NCBI GenBank assembly: GCA_016840465.1
Contig: JAEOSH010000006.1
Coordinates: 1-32,000 of the forward strand
DNA: 32,000 nucleotides
Source of the DNA: Candidatus Baldrarchaeum yapensis
Lineage (GTDB): Archaea > Asgardarchaeota > Baldrarchaeia > Baldrarchaeales > Baldrarchaeaceae
Direction: 5' to 3'
The translations under genes and the position numbers were made by a program. Shown one piece after another: positions 27,863 through 32,000 of this stretch. A model generated the notes under the pieces. It did no database searches. It was not told where the DNA came from and saw only the letters and a program-made list of their open reading frames with translations. How positions within the stretch are numbered: position 1 is the stretch's first letter; each line of letters starts with the position of its first letter.

Positions 27863-28657
27863 TTGGAACCGATAAGTTTGTTGATCTGTTTCTTGCTCGG
27901 TATTGTTACAGGAACGGTGGCCGCCTTTTTCGGCATAGGCGGCGGGATCCTCTTCGTACCCATATTGGTGCTCATCTTTCATTTAAAGCAACAAGAAGCA
28001 TCCGGTACGTCCTTATTAGCAATTTTTTTCACTTCAACATCCGCATCCATCGCTTACTTCAGGCAAAGGAGAGTACTTGTGAAAGTCGGCATATTCTTAG
28101 AGTCACTGACAATCCCAGGTGCCATAATTGGTGCGCTCTTCTCAAGTCAAGTTCCTGAGAAGACTCTGAGAATTCTCTTCGTAATCGGCGCGTTCCTAGT
28201 AGGAATAAACATGATAGTGAGAGGGAGACCAGCCCTTCTTCGAGAATTGCAAAGTGATATGGACGACCCTTCTCGGGCAATAAGCGTATACGAAATTAAG
28301 AAGACGCGAGTCCTCGCGGCCGGAGTTTTTTCCTTTCTTGCTGGCATGGTTGCCGGGGCAATCGGTATAGGAGGTGGCGTCATAAAAGTTCCAATAATGT
28401 ATTACCTGCTAGGCATCCCAATACATTTCGCCGTCGCAACATCCAGTTTCATGATAATGTTAACCTCGGCGGTTGCTGTACTTACACATTTCGAGTTACA
28501 ACAAGTCGTACCCGAGCTGGGGATAACTCTTGGAATTGGTGCAATACTTGGCGCTCAACTGGGTGCGCGGATAGGCAGGCGGGTTAAAGCCGCGGTACTA
28601 AGGAGACTCTTCGGCGTAATTTTGCTTATAGTCGGAGCAAGAATGTTGCTCCTGTGA
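27863..28657 (+). CDS. Sulfite exporter TauE/SafE family (TSUP) permease
   Basis: Duplicated GIGGG-x-x-x-V-P motifs, ASGTSL and AVATSSF, about eight TM segments. Probable start TTG 27863 after GGAGGTG; the ORF track starts at 27830. Confidence 0.92.
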   Translation: MEPISLLICFLLGIVTGTVAAFFGIGGGILFVPILVLIFHLKQQEASGTSLLAIFFTSTSASIAYFRQRRVLVKVGIFLESLTIPGAIIGALFSSQVPEKTLRILFVIGAFLVGINMIVRGRPALLRELQSDMDDPSRAISVYEIKKTRVLAAGVFSFLAGMVAGAIGIGGGVIKVPIMYYLLGIPIHFAVATSSFMIMLTSAVAVLTHFELQQVVPELGITLGIGAILGAQLGARIGRRVKAAVLRRLFGVILLIVGARMLLL

Positions 28658-28828
28658 GGTAAACTCAGTATCGGGTTGCTAAAAACCGCGCAGAGCGGTT
28701 CGATGAATGGCATCATGTTATAAAAAATCGATTTGAGGAGCTTGAATCGAAATACGATGAATGCTACCGGTTCGATCAACGGGAGAAAATGCCAGCAGAA
28801 AAAAACTAAAATTTTGAGATTGACTGTA

Positions 28829-29602
28829 ATGACACCAAAATATGTGAGGTATGAGGGATTGAGGGTCTGGGTCTCAGCATTCGTCCTACTTATATTGCTA
28901 TTCCCGGCACTTATGACATTAATTGCCAGTACCGCTTATGCGCAACCAATTTACCAAACGATAAGTGCAACTTCCGGAGGTGTTTACATAGAAGTCCTAG
29001 TATTTTCTCGGACACCAGCTTACGAGGGTCAGCATTTCTCCGTCAACCTATATCTTCAAAATTTAATCGTGTTTTCGCCCGAATGTACAAATATCACGTT
29101 ACTGCCATCCCCACAAGAAAAATCGATGGAAATCGTAATGATGTCATACGGCAGTTCGGCAACGGCTTCTCAGGTAATGGAAGGGTCTCCTGAGGAGAAA
29201 TACAGTGACGTGTATGTTGAGAACGAGGACGAGATCTTTACTACTACGGGTGTAAGCATCAGAAGAAGAGTGTTTAATGCGAGTCAGCCCATTATCGAAA
29301 AGGAACTAGGAGAGTTCTGGGGAATGGTAAGACATGGAACCGTAGGCAAGCAGATAAAACTGCATATCGACCTCTTATTTGAAGTGAGATATAAGAACGG
29401 CTCATCCACCATCCTAGAGGTAAAGAACGGGGATCCTATAACGATAATCGTGATGCCGGGATCGGTAACGATCCCAATGGAACTCATAATCTTCTTTGCA
29501 ACGGTTTCCATTCTCATGATACTATTCCCGATCGTAGTTTTAGTCATTAACAGGTGGAGAATGAAAAGGATAAAGGAGAGGAGGTTATTGTATGCACAGT
29601 AA
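28829..29602 (+). CDS. Hypothetical exported protein with N-terminal signal/TM and C-terminal membrane anchor
   Basis: Hydrophobic N-terminus ending in an A-x-A-like site (STAYAQ), beta-rich middle, C-terminal TM followed by RWRMKRIKERR. Start uncertain (ORF opens at 28733). Confidence 0.7.
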   Translation: MTPKYVRYEGLRVWVSAFVLLILLFPALMTLIASTAYAQPIYQTISATSGGVYIEVLVFSRTPAYEGQHFSVNLYLQNLIVFSPECTNITLLPSPQEKSMEIVMMSYGSSATASQVMEGSPEEKYSDVYVENEDEIFTTTGVSIRRRVFNASQPIIEKELGEFWGMVRHGTVGKQIKLHIDLLFEVRYKNGSSTILEVKNGDPITIIVMPGSVTIPMELIIFFATVSILMILFPIVVLVINRWRMKRIKERRLLYAQ

Positions 29603-30329
29603 TGAGCTAAGATGTGGAGGGATGCTTGTATTAGTAGTAATAATGATGGTTATAGCCTTCATTCCGCTCACCATCGTGGACGCTTACGGTGCAAGCAATA
29701 ATGTGGTACTGGCATATAAGGGCGAGGTCGGGAGGCCCGTTGAAGGTAAAAACATAACAACGTACCCCGCTCACGCATACATTACGATAAAGATGCAAGC
29801 AAATGGCACAATATTAGTCGAGGAGGTATCGGAAGGAATTCCTCCGGCAATATTGATGATCACCAAGAAGATATATTTGGTAGAGAGCAATAGCAGAAAG
29901 ATAGTTGGTACGGAAGAGTATGTACTTTGGTGGATCGATCCTCACGGCCTGAAAAATGGGGATAAGGTCAAGATACTGAATTTCACGTTCGAGGTTGTGG
30001 GAACATCAAGTTATTTCGTCATGAACATGCTAAGGAGAGTAGTTGAACTTCGGCATATTGACGAAAATGGTACAAAGTATGCGGCTAAATATGATGAGAA
30101 AAGCGGGGTTCTAATAGAATATAGGATCAAGAATTACGCGGAAAATTATTCTCTAGTCATTATACTGGAGTCGGCGTACGGGGTTGAATTGAGCGTTGAT
30201 ATTCTGTACTATGTGATGCTTGCCCTTCCGTTCATTATTGTTCCGGCGATAATAACTTATTTCATCACAAGGCCGCGCCTTCCGAAAGTGGGAGGGATAA
30301 GAAGTGAAGGAGGCGGTGATAAAGGTTGA
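29592..30329 (+). CDS. Hypothetical exported protein with N-terminal signal/TM and C-terminal membrane anchor
   Basis: Hydrophobic N-terminus (VDAYGA), YDEKSGVLIEY, C-terminal TM then RPR; overlaps both neighbours. Confidence 0.7.
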   Translation: MHSNELRCGGMLVLVVIMMVIAFIPLTIVDAYGASNNVVLAYKGEVGRPVEGKNITTYPAHAYITIKMQANGTILVEEVSEGIPPAILMITKKIYLVESNSRKIVGTEEYVLWWIDPHGLKNGDKVKILNFTFEVVGTSSYFVMNMLRRVVELRHIDENGTKYAAKYDEKSGVLIEYRIKNYAENYSLVIILESAYGVELSVDILYYVMLALPFIIVPAIITYFITRPRLPKVGGIRSEGGGDKG

Positions 30330-31245
30330 AGGTTTGGTGAAATTCTACGGGAAGATAAGGGCACTTGCTGGAGTGACATTTGAGGTAGAGCATGGGACGT
30401 GTTTCGGCTATCTTGGACCCAATGGGGCTGGGAAGACTACGACTATAAGAATTCTCCTAGGGTTAATAAAACAGGACGCAGGCAGGGCATTTATTCTTGG
30501 AGAGAAAGCAGGATCGAGGAAGGCTCTAAGAAGGGTGGGTTACCTCCCAGAAAGACCCGGATTTTACGATCATTGGACTCTCCTTGACTATATGAGGTAT
30601 ATAGGAACTCTTTATGGAATGGCCCTACGAGAGGCTAAGAGAAGGGCTGAAGAACTCTTAGAGTGGATAAAATTGGGCGATTGGGCATACGAAAAAATAG
30701 GTAATCTTAGTGCGGGCATGCGCCAAAGACTCGCTTTCGCGCAGGCCTTCATTAACGACCCAGACTTGCTGATACTTGACGAACCCACATCAAATTTGGA
30801 CCCAATGGCGCGCATCGAAATTCTTGATAAGATAAAGTCCGCGGTCAGGGAGGGGAGAACAGTCCTGTTCTCGAGCCATGTTCTTCCCGAGGTGGAAAGA
30901 GTTTCCGACCATATAGTGATTATCCACCGCGGGCTAATACTCGCCCAAGGGAGAATCGAAGACCTGCGGAGACTTCCTAACACCTACAGCATAAAAACCG
31001 ATAATCCTCAAATCTTAGTAAATGAATTAAAGAACCTGTCCTACGTGAAAAATGTAAGTATAAAAGATAGAGAGACGTTGTTTGTGGAAGTTGAGGATGT
31101 CAGCAGATTCGAAGGAGAGATTGCGAGAATTATCGCCAAATGCGGAGTTAAATTGAAGCGTTTTGAACCCGTAGGTGAATCCCTCGAAAACATTTATGTT
31201 AGAATTGTACGCGAGGGAGGGATTCCGGTTGGTGGACAGAGATGA
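30304..31245 (+). CDS. ABC-2 type exporter ATP-binding subunit
   Basis: GPNGAGKTT, LSAGMRQR, LILDEPT, FSSH, C-terminal SLE-x-I-Y. Confidence 0.95.
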   Translation: MKEAVIKVEGLVKFYGKIRALAGVTFEVEHGTCFGYLGPNGAGKTTTIRILLGLIKQDAGRAFILGEKAGSRKALRRVGYLPERPGFYDHWTLLDYMRYIGTLYGMALREAKRRAEELLEWIKLGDWAYEKIGNLSAGMRQRLAFAQAFINDPDLLILDEPTSNLDPMARIEILDKIKSAVREGRTVLFSSHVLPEVERVSDHIVIIHRGLILAQGRIEDLRRLPNTYSIKTDNPQILVNELKNLSYVKNVSIKDRETLFVEVEDVSRFEGEIARIIAKCGVKLKRFEPVGESLENIYVRIVREGGIPVGGQR

Positions 31246-32000
31246 ACTTAAAAACAAAATTGAAGTGTTTGGCAGGTTACTTTTGGAGGAAATGAGGATC
31301 TCGTATAGAAGCAAGAGGTTTTACATATACCTCATCCTATTCTTGCTTCCGCCGCTTTTCATGAGCCTGTGGTACTTCATCTTCCAGTATCACATCGACA
31401 TTCAGACAATCGACCTGAAAATATTCATGCAGGGAGAAGGAGCCAAGGAGGACATACTGACCGAAAGAGTGAATATCGTAAAGGGAATGAGGGGAATAAG
31501 TTCCGGGCTTTACATGAGTGGCCTGATGGGGCTCCTTATAGCGGTGATTTCATCCGAATGGGTTGCAGGTGAGCGGCATAGTGGAATGCACAACATAACT
31601 TTTTCGAAATTCATGAGCAGGAGCGGGATACTTCTTGCAAGGTACATCGCGTTCCTCATACACAGCGCCATTTTCGTAACCATAGCGATACTATGGGTGG
31701 GGGTGCTAGTATTGACGCCGTTAATAAATGTAGGCCTGTTCTTTGAAGCATTTAGCAAGACGGCCAACATACTGCTGATAATGATAGGTGTAACCATTCT
31801 ATGCATACTGGCATACACGTCCCTAGCAACTCTCTTCTCAGTGCTGTCTCCGCGGCCAATGATAGCGATCATCATGATGCTAATCTACACAATGGTGATT
31901 GTCAGCATTGTCAGCGTAATCGCCTTAATATTTGGACAACAAAACCCAGCTCTTTATAATCTCATGTACCTCTCATTAAGCAACGACGGAAGCGTCGTAA
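31229..32000 (+). CDS. ABC-2 type permease, partial (runs off the right edge)
   Basis: Not in the ORF track. From TTG 31229 or GTG 31232 (RBS GGAGGG): MVDRDELKNKIEVFGRLLLEEMRISYRSKRFYIYLILF...EWVAGERHSG...SRSGILLARY, multiple TM segments, open to the end. The ATG at 31242 is in another frame and stops after 17 codons. Confidence 0.88.
   Translation, partial: MVDRDELKNKIEVFGRLLLEEMRISYRSKRFYIYLILFLLPPLFMSLWYFIFQYHIDIQTIDLKIFMQGEGAKEDILTERVNIVKGMRGISSGLYMSGLMGLLIAVISSEWVAGERHSGMHNITFSKFMSRSGILLARYIAFLIHSAIFVTIAILWVGVLVLTPLINVGLFFEAFSKTANILLIMIGVTILCILAYTSLATLFSVLSPRPMIAIIMMLIYTMVIVSIVSVIALIFGQQNPALYNLMYLSLSNDGSVV

Noticed and set aside
28660-28810. Short imperfect repeats (CGGTTCGAT, CGATGAATG), a G-U-containing hairpin and a start-less frame RAERFDEWHH...
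   Set aside because: Too short and irregular to support an RNA, repeat array or gene remnant.
37-31875. Many 60-190 aa ORFs antisense to or nested in larger genes (e.g. 37-219, 3832-4221, 12073-12648, 25136-25633, 31510-31875)
   Set aside because: They shadow well-supported genes or remnants and show no family motifs.

Overview
Archaeal-type chromosomal segment (GGTGA/GGAGG ribosome-binding motifs, TATA-like boxes, HAD-ECH fusion; taxonomy is inferred and cannot be fixed from sequence alone). Left to right it contains: a GC-rich IS5-like transposase remnant and a decayed FAD oxidoreductase; an intact 3-hydroxyacyl-CoA dehydrogenase/enoyl-CoA hydratase; a LysE-type exporter; an unusual MFS-DUF47 fusion; an orphan ECF S component; a divergent class I chelatase pair (ChlH/CobN-like large subunit and AAA+/VWA subunit) with no cob/bch genes in the window; a nitroreductase; a decaying ferredoxin-cooC-ferredoxin block; a Cys-rich wHTH/dead-nuclease-like gene coupled to sfsA; an atypical fdhD; a bPH membrane protein; a retropepsin-like protease; a GT-B glycosyltransferase; a tightly coupled nurA-HAS barrel-herA-mre11/sbcD-rad50/sbcC operon with bacterial-type motifs; a sirtuin with three indels; a TauE/SafE permease; and an ABC-2 operon led by two uncharacterised membrane-anchored proteins (cut by the window end). 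No rRNA, tRNA or CRISPR array was seen. All family assignments come from motif recognition, not database searches.
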